Source: Entomortierella parvispora E1425 (Eukaryota; Fungi; Mortierellomycota). Taken from it: a DNA stretch of 64,000 nt. The position numbers and the translations under genes are program-made. Shown one piece after another: positions 48,250-60,094 of the stretch (its first letter is position 1; each line of letters starts with the position of its first letter). Location of the stretch: positions 2,418,001-2,482,000 of the forward strand of contig BQFW01000013.1 in NCBI GenBank assembly GCA_020891255.1. Direction: 5' to 3'. The notes beneath the pieces are model-generated. The model did not search any database. It was not told the origin of the DNA and saw nothing but the letters and a program-made list of their open reading frames with translations.

Positions 48250-50900
48250 GCATCTCTCCATTGACATCAGAGGGAAATGTGATTGCGTCGTCTTTTTCAA
48301 ACAACATGCCCTCTAACGCACAAAAGGTCCTACCATCCCCATTGTCCTCCCCAATGGCTCTTCTTCACTACTTCCTTCTCCATTGCTCGTGATGCCTACT
48401 CCGACCATCTCGACGCCCTCATTTACCCGGTGTCTAATTACGACCTCATTCTCGACAAACCCTGGCTCACTGCAATCAATCCGCTCGTTAACTGGCGCAA
48501 CATCGACCTGCACTTCGCTCACAATGGGGCCTCTGCACTTTGGCGCTGTCGCGGTTCCAGGGCTAACTCGTCACTTTCCGCTCCCAGGGTAAACTCCTCT
48601 CCGATCTCCACTTTCACTCCCTCGCTGCCCGACAAGGTAGTGCTGTCTTTCTCGCGCTTGTTAAAATGACTCCTTTAACCTCGGACAATAACACCAACAC
48701 CACCCGCCAAGGCCCCCACCCCAGAAACAAAAGAACGTTCAACAATTCATTGATGTTGCTCAGTTCTACCACCAGTACATCGCTAAAGTAGCCACCACCG
48801 CCATCACTCCACTCCTGTCTAGGTGTCTTCGACCCTGACCTCCTCACTACCGTGGAAACTGACGACAACAGCGAGTCGCGCCCTGTTGCCTTCACCTCGC
48901 GCAAACTGAACGGAACTTCCCAACACAGAATAGGAAATGTTAGCTGTCGTCCATACTCTGAAGATGTAGCACTACTACCAGGATGGGTCTCATTTTATCG
49001 TTTACACCGATCACGCCACCCTACAACACTTTCCTACCCAACCAAGTTGACACGCAGACAAGCACGATGGATGGAGCTCCTGCAGGAATATAACTTCATC
49101 TTCAAATATAAGAAAGGATCTGACAACGTCGTCCCTGATGCCCGCTCACGACGACCTGAGCTTCAACCATCTCTGTGTTCAACTCGACCTCGGGCTTCGG
49201 CGGCGCCTGACAGATGGATATAAGCGGTCCCCCATCTCAATCCGATCTACGAAAGCTGCCTCCAGGGAAGTCATCCTTCATATTACTCCCTTGTAGACGA
49301 TATTCTTTGTGTTCTTCGAGATCATGCTCTTCTTGTCTCTATCCCTGCCAATTCTGATATCCGTCTGTCTTTCCACGATGCTCACGACTCTCCATTTCTG
49401 GACATTTCAGCTTCGACAAGACTTACGGACATCTACACTTCCGATTTTATTGGCCGACCATGGCCAAAGGTACACGACGACGTTTCATTCAGAGCTGTGA
49501 ATCATGCCAACGGACAAAGCCAGGCAACCGATCACCTCTATGCCTCCTCCAACCTCTAGCCATCCCTAATAGGCCGTAGCAGACTATTACCATAACTTTG
49601 TCGGCCCTCTCCACAAGACATCGCGAGTCTTCGACTGCATCGCCGTCTTTGTTGATACGCTTACCAATCAAGTCCACTTTGCCGCTTGCCACACCACGGA
49701 CTCTACAGCCCAGATCGCTCGCATTTTCTTCTATCACGTTTTCCGACTCCGCGGCATGCCCGCCACCTTTGTCTCCGACCGAGATGACAAAGAAGTCGCT
49801 CTTGGAAGGAACTCAACTGCTTCATGGATGTCCACCTCACCATGTCCACTGTTTATCACCCTCAAACAGATGAGCAGACTGAGCGAGCCAACCGCACCCT
49901 CATTACGATGCTTCGAAGCCTTGTTGACCAGGCCAGAACAATTGGGATCTACTACTCTCAGCCGCCGAGTTCGCAACCAACAATGCCACCCACGCCTCAA
50001 AAGGAACCACACCCTTCTTCTTGAACTATGGGTCGCACCCAAACGTGCCCATATTACTGTTAATTCCTGCCGCTGGTTCAAAATCCCGCTGTCAATACTT
50101 TTGTCCAGGTTCAAGATGAAGCACTCGTCATCGCCAAGGAAGCACTGGCCACGGCACAGGACATTCAAGCTAAGAACGCCGATTGCCACTAACGGGACCA
50201 TGACCTGGCAATCGGGGATCAAGTCCTTCTCAACCTCGAAAATGTCACTCTCGCGGCAGATCAGAACCGCCCTTCCCGTAAGCTCACTGCCCTCTCTGCC
50301 GGCCCCTTCACTATTACTGAACAACTCTCTCCTGTATCTTTTCTCCTCGACCTACCGCCGTCCATGAAGATCCGTCCTCTCTTCCATGTCGACCGTCTTC
50401 AGCGCTACTACCCGTCACCTGAATCCCCTGACACACGCACCCCGGCCCGCCCACACCCTGAGGTTATCGAGGAAGAACAAGAGTGCGAAGTCGAAGCAAT
50501 CGCTGAACACAGACAATATCGACGCCGACTAGAGTACCCCATCCAATGGAAAGACTACCCTCGGGATGATTGGACATGGGAACTGGAGCAGTCATTAGCC
50601 CATTGCAAGGACATCCTCAACAGCTACAAACGGGACCATGGTCTATAGCCAGGATTTTTTTTAAGAGAGGAAGGTGCAACAGAAGCGCTACAAGGCGTAT
50701 CTACAACCCTAGCGTTTACGACCCTGCCACTCCAAACCCTGCCACACCAACCAGGCCCAACCAACTCAGCCCCACCAATGTGACCACTTTAACATAATCA
50801 TCTTAGCCACATTGACACATATTTGTACCCCAACTCTTTAGCTCGTTAAAACCTCATTAGCAACTCCTACACTTGTCTGACTTCTAGTCTTCACCGCCTT
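48250..50900 (+). mobile_element. Ty3/Gypsy chromovirus remnant 3 (protease end, RT core deleted, RNase H, integrase, chromodomain, PPT, 3' LTR)
   Basis: YDLILDKPWL..INP.VNWR, NVQQFI..AQFY, VETDD, LTRRQARWMELLQEYNF, YHPQTD.QTERANR, EEQECEVEAIAEHR..RRRLEY.IQWKDYP..DWTWE. PPT aagagaggaagg (50663-50674) is followed by TGCAAC at 50675. The LTR shares gccaca.tga.acatattt...aaacctcatt with remnant 2. The 3' end is approximate. Confidence 0.9.
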
Positions 50901-51213
50901 GGCCTATTACAATTAGTCAGCATCGCTTGACTTTGATGGTAGTGGTATGTGATCATGCATGGGGAGTGGACCATTGGCGGGGGCTCGTGGTCATGGGTAT
51001 CCAAAGTGCTGACATTCTGACACTAAGGCAGTCTTATGATGGGTTTGTGACAGGAGCACACCTCCGTTGGCATATTTTCATTTTACTGTGATCGCTTTCT
51101 GTTTATTTCTCTTTCTGAAGTTTAACTGGATCCCTGCACAGCTATTGTGAGACTATAAACTTGGGGTAGGATCCGATGCGTGTCAGTGGAATGGCCTAGA
51201 GAATAAGAATAGG

Positions 51214-51480
51214 CTACCGGCACCTGCTACAGTCATAATCAGGTGGAGCATTGCACCTCCAAGACCCTTTTCCACAAGATGGACTTTGCCAAGGGTCAGG
51301 AACTAGAGACTGCCAACCGCCAGCGTTCACCTTGTAACTGCTGCAAGTTCCACTTTGAGTACTCCAACAAGCCCCCCCCATCCACGTCGAGGGACATTTA
51401 CAGCAGCATGTACTACCTCCCCCAGGGACGGAGAGGCACATCGGAAGCAGGACCAGAAGGGAGATAAGCTTGATGAGCAT
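51214..51480 (-). CDS. Small secreted cysteine-rich peptide (88 aa)
   Basis: Signal-peptide-like MLIKLISLLVLLPMCLS. The mature part has 9 Cys (CCC.C...C...C...C...C...C..C). A candidate 5'-UTR intron 51638-51540 (GTATAT...CTAAC...AAG) and a TATAAAA near 51873 support a real transcript. Confidence 0.75.
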   Translation of the reverse strand: MLIKLISLLVLLPMCLSVPGGGSTCCCKCPSTWMGGACWSTQSGTCSSYKVNAGGWQSLVPDPWQSPSCGKGSWRCNAPPDYDCSRCR

Positions 51481-52110
51481 GGTGAGCGTTAGGAACAGAT
51501 GGTCTTTGAGCAGTTAACTTCGACTCAAGAAAAAGGTTTCTTGTGAGTAAGGAACGGAAATTAGGGACATATGGTGAAAGGTTAGTTATGACTAACAGTT
51601 CCTCTTTTACATACAATTGCGAAAGTCCCATCATATACTGTAGCTTTACAAGAGTGTGGCCAAGGATGAGCAGGTCTTCTGATCGTTCCTTTTAGACAGG
51701 GGTCTTTGGCTTCCTTCCAAGGGTTCTGCAATGGAAATCGTTTGCGGGGCAGGTCTTGAGATGGTGATTGTAATGGTTCTTGCAGTGGTTTGTTGCGAGT
51801 TCTGTTGCGAGTCTAGAGTCTTGAGGTAAGATCGGATGTGAGCAACACAACCGACCAGTTCGCCTTTTTATACATGAAAACGTTTGAATAGAACCGATTA
51901 TATTGAGGTGTTACCATTTGATCATCGAGAGATACTACAAAGAAGAAGTAAGGGTGGCTGCCAATGAAATCAAGGATTCTGGAAAGGGATCAAGGGCATT
52001 CAGAGAATGGGAGGGATGGGAAAAGATCAAGGACCAGCATACAAGGACAACATCAAGGGACAATATCTAGGAAAGTATCGAAGAAGAGTGGTTGGGAGAA
52101 GAAAGGATCT

Positions 52111-52272
52111 CTGGAAAGGATCAAGGAATGCTGGAAAAGGATCAAGGGATGCTGGAAAAGGATCAAGGGATGCTGGAGAGGATCAAGGAATGCTGGAAAA
52201 GGATCAAGGGATGCTGGAGAGGATCAAGGAATGCTGGAAAAGGATCAAGGGATGCTGGAGAGGATCAAGGGA
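52111..52272. repeat. Minisatellite of interspersed 21-bp and 20-bp units, about 8 copies
   Basis: Units ctggaaaaggatcaagggatg (21 bp) and ctggagaggatcaaggaatg (20 bp), with degenerate copies back to ~51968. Confidence 0.92.
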
Positions 52273-52949
52273 GAGCCCTCTCTTTCTCCAGCTCGAGAAG
52301 GATCTCTTGGCTGTGATTGAGTCATCTTAAGAAAGCACTATTTCCCAGGGAGATTGCAACTGATTGCCAGGCCGCCGTCGGGGCGGTCAGTCGTCTTGCT
52401 GACAAAGTTCAGCAGCTCCCCATAACACCTCTGCCTTGCACACCACTCTCGGCATTGATCAAAGTCTAGTCCTGTCCTGTTGCACAGAGATGGTTTTATG
52501 GGTCCTTCAGAGTGTTTGCGTCGCGAGCTATGCACAGCTAAACTTCCTGAATGAGATAAAGGTTTGTACTCTTGTCCTGGATTTTTTGTTGCACTTACCG
52601 ATGACGCTGTAAAGAAGATCGTGCTCATTCCACATGAGCCTCACTCGCGCGAGTGAACTTTGGCGAGCGCTTTGTCGAAAGGCGCAGGCCAAGTCTGTGT
52701 TTGTAGGTGAGTACCCAGTCATCTGGCTAGATTTCCGCCAACATTATGGTCTCTGTCGATGTCCCAACTGCAGTTTTCACAGAGGATGGATCAGGTAAAT
52801 GTGTCATTCAAACCGAGAGTCGGACAGTGCTGTGGGATCATAAGACGGAAGCAAGATCCTGTAATCGTCCGAATCTTAAGGCCATTCTACACCTTATGAT
52901 CCGATAAATACCGTGTCAGCATCTCCTGCGCTGTCTAACAAGCGATGAG

Positions 52950-53359
52950 GCAGCATCAGATATCTACTGGAACGAGCGTACATTTCATGATTACAGGCAA
53001 GCATGGGAGGGGCTCAGGCAACAAGGTACCCGCAGTATAGAGATAGCTTATGAATATGCGACGCATTTTCGCCACCACTTGTACCTAATATCAAACTGGT
53101 CTTTTGAACTAGCCCCTGGCTGACCATCGGGGTCGAGTTCCAACCGCGGAACCAAAGATACCCTACAGGGGATGCAAAAGGGAAAGGGAAACAGAACCAG
53201 CTGAATCAACAGACGGCGGGAACACCTGACTTGTCTGCTGAACATCAGCAGGAACCACCATCCCCGGGCACACGCAAGCGGAAGCAGTCAGATTGTGTCA
53301 CATTGGAACCGTGGCAGACCTTGACAAAGACTGTTCATAACCTGGTATGTTCACCTGCA
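52950..53359 (+). repeat. Inverted partial duplicate of 58613-59022 (exon fragment)
   Basis: gcagcatcagatat.tactggaacgagcgta ... ggtatgttcacctgca is the reverse complement of 58613-59022 with scattered substitutions. Confidence 0.9.
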
Positions 53360-53419
53360 TATAAGCTCTATATTCTTTTTTAAATATATCTTTCAACCCT
53401 AATGTTGACGTGGATCATC

Positions 53420-53719
53420 ATGTCCATCCACAACGGTCGTCTCTTTCAAGCCTAGATCCTGTTCATTGCCCTCGTCACGATCCTTAACCTTGGAGAGAAT
53501 AAAGCCTCCAATTTTGCTGTGAGCGCTACCCATCATCAAGGTGGATCTTCATCTACGAATGGGGAGCTGATAGGAAAGATAGCCGGCAAAGCTAATGAAA
53601 TTGCTAGTCCTCCTGATCAGGGTGCTGCGATTGGTCTTGACGAAGGAAGAAAAGTTGCAATCACCGAGGATCGTTGGAAATCAGACTCAAAAGATGAAAA
53701 TCGCCAACGCGCTCAATAA
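53420..53719 (+). pseudogene. Pseudogene paralog of the secreted protein at 28229
   Basis: MSIHNGRLFQA*ILFIALVTILNLGENKASNFAVSA aligns with MSVYKGRFFQAYIVLIAVVVILNHGENRGMNFAVNA. TAC>TAG stop at codon 12. Confidence 0.75.
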
Positions 53720-53972
53720 CGCGCCGCTGGGTGACTTTGTTAACCAAAATTCTCGGCTGGGGCCTAGCAGCAGCTGCTGGCACCCGAAAGGCTGCAGGTT
53801 CAATTGGACAGACTCCAGACTACAAAGGTGCACACACGTGTTGGAGGCAGGGCCACCAGAGTTGGAAATACCATGTAAAGAATACAGGTTTATTTTTCAG
53901 TTGAATAATGAAGGTATGAAGCAACAGCGCTCTATTGGCAACACGGTAGGCTGTCAAAGCTGACTACTCAGC

Positions 53973-54952
53973 TTAAAGATCGGATGGCCTCTTTTTCTTG
54001 TCCAAGGTGTCCAGTACACTCTCTTCATCTCTCTTTTGTCCCTGCAAACGACCACCCCACCATGTACGTGGAACACCCTGCAGATCCATGATGAGCACAT
54101 GGAGGGTCCATCCGACGACGGCGGTTTGGACCCAGTCGACTGTCCAAATATTCCATGCCCATTGGCTGATCTTTCCACTCCAAGAGGCTGCTGCTGTCGC
54201 TGCTGCGGCTTCTTTGGCCAACGCCTCTGCATTCTCGGCAAGTTGTCGGGTCATGGTGGCATTGAATGCCAGTCGCGCGAGCGCCTGCTCCTCTGGCGAC
54301 TTTCCATCCAACATGTCCAAGTTAGTCAGCCGACACAGCCACCAAGAGAGATCTGTCTCCGAGAACCCTCCCAGCAGGACTACCATCTTGCCTGCAAAAT
54401 AGACGGAATTGAGCGCCCAAAAAGTCACTCGGCGGAGCTTGGCGGCACGTACAGAGTCGGTCAGGAGGACATAAAAGTCGAGCAGCATATCGGCGCCTGT
54501 CAGAATCAAGAGCGCGACGACTGCACCGGCGAGTTTTTGAACGAAGGAAAAGACATTTTGAAAAAAGAGATTCTCGACTTCTTCAGCCGCGACCGTTGCT
54601 AAAATGGTACAGGAAGGACAAAACACGCAGACAGCAATTTGAAAGTGGGGGGGGGATGAGTTTTTGGGGGGTTCAGAATGAAAGAAAGGTCAACTTTTGT
54701 CGAGGATTAGTTCATTCTGCTCTCTGTTTTACCTTTCATAGCTTCCCAATGAGTTATGAGCTCGGCACTGCTGGATGGGACCCTGTAAAAGAAGGAGAGC
54801 ATGGGAAGATTGATGGCTACAAGCATCATCTTTGGCCAGTGCCGTATCATGAAGACCTTGGCGGCCTCCAAACGCGGCCGCAAGAGACGGGTCATGTTGG
54901 ATTGCTGCAGCCGTGTAAGGGAATCGTGAATAAATACAGATATGGGCAACAT
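53973..54952 (-). CDS. Membrane protein of unknown function, at least 2 exons (start uncertain)
   Basis: ORF 54707-54952 ends at a GTAAAA donor near 54733. ORF 53973-54626 follows a ...TTTTAG acceptor near 54597 and has several hydrophobic helices. Confidence 0.6.
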
Positions 54953-55329
54953 TGGGTAGATGGAGGGTTTTCTTTGTAGTGTCTAAGGATGGGGTACTTT
55001 ATTCGGAGGTGGGTGTGCGTATATATAGTAGAATCAAAGAGAAAGAAACATGGCGGAGCAATGATTGTTATGTCCGCCGGCTCTTGTCCCCCCTCGCCCA
55101 CAAACAGCATCCAGAAAAGGGAAATTTTTCATGTTTGTCCAAACCATGAGTGCATGCATCATTTCACCTCAAACGGAAATGTTCATTGGAATCATCATGC
55201 ATTGGCAGCTCACCAGGAGACTTGCCAATGTCTGTTCCTACGCGGCTTTTAATTTTCCTTATAGATCGAAAAAGATGTCTGTGTGTATAGCATTAATGTA
55301 AAAGTCGTCCATTGTGCTCCATGGTATTA

Positions 55330-56913
55330 TTAGCGGCGCCTCCGGTAACGCGCCAAAGTGCGTCCAAAGACTGCCAGAAACAGGGTCATTACGATCACCT
55401 TGTTAGCCTTGCTGCTGCTAGTTGTATGGTGTTGTTGCTTGTAGCCCAAGTTTTGTTTGATGCCGTCCCAAAAGACTCTGAATGTTAATGGGGTCGAGTG
55501 CCGGCTCTTGTCCAGCTCGTGGTGACCGTTTCCGTTTGCACGCTGTCGATTCGAGGCCAAGAGCTGTTGGTCGGATTCGTCGCGGGTCTTCAGCTCATGT
55601 GAAACTTCCTCTTCCTCTTCCTCTTCCTCTGCATCACCGCCCTCCTGGATGGCAGCTTCGGCCTCCTTGCGAGCTTCCGTCACGCGTTCCAGGATCTTGG
55701 AGTGCTCATAGGGTGGGAGCGAAGGGATCATGTTGTTGACGTTTCTCATGCCCTCAGGAACCGCCTTTGTGGAAACTAGTAATAAAAAAAATTGTCCGAT
55801 TAATCAACATGGAAAAAGCCCCCTTCATATCTCGGCTCCAAAAAAAAAAAAAAAAAAGACAAATTTCCTTACCAAGTTGAATCACCTTCTCAGGGATCCA
55901 ACCCTTTAGGTCTGCATCCAGCACTTGCACCAGGCGACACTTTGTTGGCTGGCCAGGTTCTGGTCCAATGATCTGTCCTGCAACCGCCGTCTCCATGCGC
56001 ACAATCTTTTCCTTGACTCGCTCGGGCATAGAGGAATGTTCCACAGACGATGTAACGTTGCAATAGCGCCCATCGCCCAGATCCTTGACAGTTCCCAAAA
56101 CCACAGTGTCTCTGGAGGCAGTGGGCCACATGCCCTTGGTTCGGACGTATTGAATCTTGGTGCCAGGCGCCACCTCAGCCAACGTCTTTGCTTCCACACA
56201 GAGAGGGTCCCATTCGACACGTCGAGAGATTTCGCTCAGCAAATCAAAAGTGACCGCCGCAGTGTTGTGCATGACTGCAATGACCTTGTAGCACATGGGT
56301 CTGGCCTTGTACTGGTAGACCTCGATCTTGGTGGGACTGTCCTCCTCAAAGACTTTTTCCCAGATCTCTGTGTTTTCAACATAGTCCAAGAACTTTTTTT
56401 CCATGGCTGCCAACTCCTTGGCATAGGCCTGTGTGTGTGCTGATTTGGTCTTCTTCTTCTTGATCGTGATAGGGGTTGGGATGGAGGGCGTGGTGACCTG
56501 TCCTGGCTCTGATCCTGTTGCTGCTCCAGATGATGACTTGCGGACAATAACCCTCTTGATTACCTTTCGCTTTCCGCCGTCGACTGCGGTCGTTTTGGCG
56601 AGGGGGGAGGGTTCGATGGTATGGACAGGTACTTGGGCGGGGAAGAGTCTCTCAGTCAGGTCCGGCAATCCAAACACCTTCCTGAAAGCGAGGACAAAGA
56701 TGAGTTCGAAAAAGACATAATGTACATTGTCCAGAATCCCGTTCAGGAACACTATTATGTGGGGAAGAAAGAGTTAGTTTTCTTTGCGTTTCCTGTCATT
56801 CTTGACAACAAGATGGTGGACAATGAGGACCTACATTGATTTATAAGGTAGAGGATGGTGTAGGGGGTGACCAGCACCAGCATGGCCAGCGGAGATTGCG
56901 TCGAGTCGCCCAT
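55330..56913 (-). CDS. START-domain lipid-transfer protein with N- and C-terminal hydrophobic segments, 3 exons
   Basis: Exons ~56913-56835, ~56754-55873 and ~55776-55330. START motifs WEKVFE...YKVIA......FDLL...RR.EWDP......L......IQY......WP.ASRD.V......R.ET..G...P...KCRL.QV..ADLKGWIP. Confidence 0.85.
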
Positions 56914-57499
56914 CGAGTTGAATATACAGCCTTAGATGCGGAGGAGAGGGAAGGAGAGTGAAGAGGGGAGGAGAGGAGAGGGTTGTGAGACTACTATCAG
57001 AGAAGGAATGAAGGAGGGCGTTGCCAAGGAAAAGAGAGGAATAGGATTAGTCAAAGCGGTCGGTCGGTTGGTCGGTGCGGTCGGTCGGCGAATGCATTGG
57101 CAACAAGCCGAGCAAGAGATGAGAAGCCATACCAGTTTGAGGGATGGTTGCACAGACAGGCCGACACACAGACGGGTGAATGATCCGTCAAGCGAGAAGT
57201 GCTGTCAAGAGAACAAAAAAGACGAAGGGCGAGGGGCGGAAGAGTGCAAGAGGGAGAACAGACGAAAGAACAGAGCAAACGAGACCATGCATCCGTCCTG
57301 TCTCTCTCGGCCATTCCATTCATCTCGCCGTCACAGTGTTCACGTGTCATTGCAAATGAATGCAACCACGCCAACGCCACGCTGCTCCCCTTGTCCTTGG
57401 CACGCTCTTCTTCCGATCTTCTACTCACTCCTTCTTTGGGCATGACTATTTTATTTAGCAGCCTTTGTTGACGTGTTCTGCCTTGACTGTCTGTCTCCG

Positions 57500-59433
57500 C
57501 TTGGAACCATTGTTGCGTCGCCGCTTTTTTCAATGAGTCTCCTGAATACAGCGGCCAAGGCGAATGTTCTTCCGGCACTGCATGGTCACGTTCTTGGAGG
57601 CGATCCCGGCCCGCTTAAACTCGATGTTGCTCAGCTCAATGCCATCATAGCAAAGGGAAAGGTCAACCTTTCGCCCAGCCTCTGTCAGGTCACCAAACTC
57701 GCGCGATTGCTCACGCCGCAGTACTTTGGATGCCTCCAGCATCTTCTCACCGCTCAGTAGTACAATGTCATCTGTGATTAATGAAAAAACATGGGTCTAG
57801 ATAAGCAGGCTGTCCGACTCAGACGGCTCAGACTTTTTGTAGGGAGCGTTGACGACAACGTGGCAGCTAGAGAGAGGAGAGAGTAACGGAGTACAGAATG
57901 GCACACAATGGTCAAGTTATGCTTATGTTGCTCAGCAAGTCACATAATACAAGAAAATGCTTACAGATAATCCAGGATTCGAAGCACCTTCATCTTCAAA
58001 GCTACATCTTGCGGCAGGGACCTGCCTCGTCCAATCTTGCTCAGTAGCATGGCACGATCCTGGATAACTTGAAACCATAATTCGTCGAGTCCCTCATCTT
58101 CCAGTAATGCAGAGTAGCTTCGAAGGATCGAAAGGCACTCATGTTGGTCAAAGGTCTCAATCCTTGTAGCTGTGAAGATCCATATTGTCACTACTCTCAC
58201 AATAGCTGGTGAATCGATCGGACATGACGTTCATGACACCGGATAGAACGACCCTGTGTTATTTCAAACGATTTCGCTGTAAGAAACATATATCATCTCA
58301 TATCTTGAACAAACATGAACTAACTTGGCTCGATAAATGTAATAAACTTACATTGAATCTTCCAATAGAGTCTCCTTTTCTTCTTTTTCCTTGTCTATTT
58401 GCTTTCGCTTCTCGTTCTTCTCGCAGTACTCCTTCAGCAGATTCTGCGCATGAATGAACATAAACCTTTGCAATGTAGGCATGTCGCTCGGTGGCGAAAT
58501 GAAGACTGGCGCCCGCCCGTTAACCTAGACGTTATTGAATGTAGGATACAACTTTATCAGTTTTGATCCTACGTCAACATTGGAGTTGAACAATATAAAA
58601 AAGAATGGAGGTTGCAGGTGAACATACCAGATTATGAACGGTCTTTGTCAAGGTATGCCACGGTTCCAATGTGACACAACCTGACTGCTTCCGCTTGCGT
58701 GTGCCCGAGGATGGTGGTTCCTGCTGATGTTCAGCAGACGAGTCAGGTGTTCCCGCCGCCTCTTTATTCAGCGGGTTCTGTTCCCCTTTCCCTTTTTGAA
58801 TCCCCTGTAGGGCATCTTTGGTTCCGTGGTTGGAACTCGACCCCGATGGTCCGCCAGGGGCTAATTCAAAAGACCGGTCGATATTAGGTACAAGTGGTGG
58901 CAAAAATGCGTCGCATATTCATAAGCTACCACTATACTGCGAGTACCTTGTTGCCTAAGCCCTTCCTCTGCTTGCCTGTAATCATGACAGATACGCTCGT
59001 TCCAGTATATATCTGATGCTGCCAGAGCCTTGAGCGATCCGGCATTTAGACCTTGTTTGCGTCCCAGGTACAAACCAAAAGTACTCTCCGCCGAGACATA
59101 TTCCTTCCGAGACCACTTCTGCTGCAGTCTTTGCGCTCGTCTTTGCAGGCCGGCGTGTTTTGACTGGGCAAGTTGTTTGAGCCCCTGGTGCCAGATGGAT
59201 CGGCAGCGCTTGAGCGTGCAGTTTTCCTTCTCCACTTTGTCCGCGTGCAGGAGGAAGGCTCCATAGTCAATATCATTCAAGCGATGACAGTTGCTCATGT
59301 ACGCCAGTACACACGAGTCGATACCGATGAGCCTTGTGAGGGCCTCTCTCCAATCATCTGTCGATTCTGAGGCCTGAGAGTGTTCCTGGCCATAGCCATT
59401 TTCCTTGCCTTCTGTCTCAGAAGCTGCCTCCAA
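57500..59433 (-). CDS. Multi-exon gene or pseudogene with a C-terminal PD-(D/E)XK-like segment
   Basis: Minus-strand ORF segments 59433-58861, 58903-58574, 58200-57961 and 57742-57530. The last carries GRKVDLSLCYDGIELSNIEFK...MQCRKNIRLGRCI (D...E.K pattern). Exon structure not resolved. Confidence 0.5.
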
Positions 59434-59579
59434 TTCGCTGGTGGGGTCACTTTACATTACGAAAAGGGGTGCGAATGCTGTAAGAGAGAATGTCAAAGCC
59501 AAAAAAAAAAAGTGGTTAAACTTATTTTTTAAATCAAACGCAGAAATAGAAGAAAAGGGGAAAGAAATGGGTGGACCCC

Positions 59580-59975
59580 GGCTCTAGGAGGCCCCGCTAC
59601 GGGCGTCGAAGAGTTAACCAGAGCTCCAGTGCAGGCTGCCGCGCAAGCAGTCTCTCGCGTTAACGAGACCTGCGCGGTACTGCCAGAGCATGGCAATGCG
59701 CGTGGGTGAAACTCATATCGAACGATGCCCTACTATTCAGCGGAGTAACGTCAATTTGGTGGGGACAACTACATGGCTCTAGGAGGCCCCGCTACGGGCG
59801 TCGAAGAGTTTCCAGGGCTCCAGTGCAGGCTGCTGTGACAACAGTCTCTTGCGATAACGAGACTCGCACAGTGTTGTGATGCGAAGCATTACAACATGCG
59901 TGGGTGGAACCTCGACTAATACCGCCCTGCAGGAGTAGTGCAGATGAGATATCAGCATGAGGAAAGGGCGTCAAC
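59580..59975 (+). ncRNA. Two tandem units (195-bp period) of a candidate structured RNA
   Basis: An identical 36-nt leader ggctctaggaggccccgctacgggcgtcgaagagtt occurs at 59580 and 59775. Downstream helices are kept by compensatory changes (see findings). Strand is assumed. Confidence 0.55.
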
Positions 59976-60094
59976 CCCATGCACCCTGACAAGCGAAAGG
60001 GGCGGATAACGATTGAAAACATTCCAGTCTGAGGATAGATCACATTTACCTGAAGACAATTCAAATGAGCGAGAAATTGCTTAGATCGACTGAT

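Noticed and set aside
51964-52330. Three overlapping ORFs with repeated peptides
   Set aside because: All three frames are open only because the minisatellite lacks stops; 20/21-bp units rotate the frame.
59580-59810. CRISPR interpretation of the 36-nt identical repeat
   Set aside because: Only two copies, the intervening 159 nt are homologous between units rather than unique spacers, there are no cas genes, and the context is eukaryotic.
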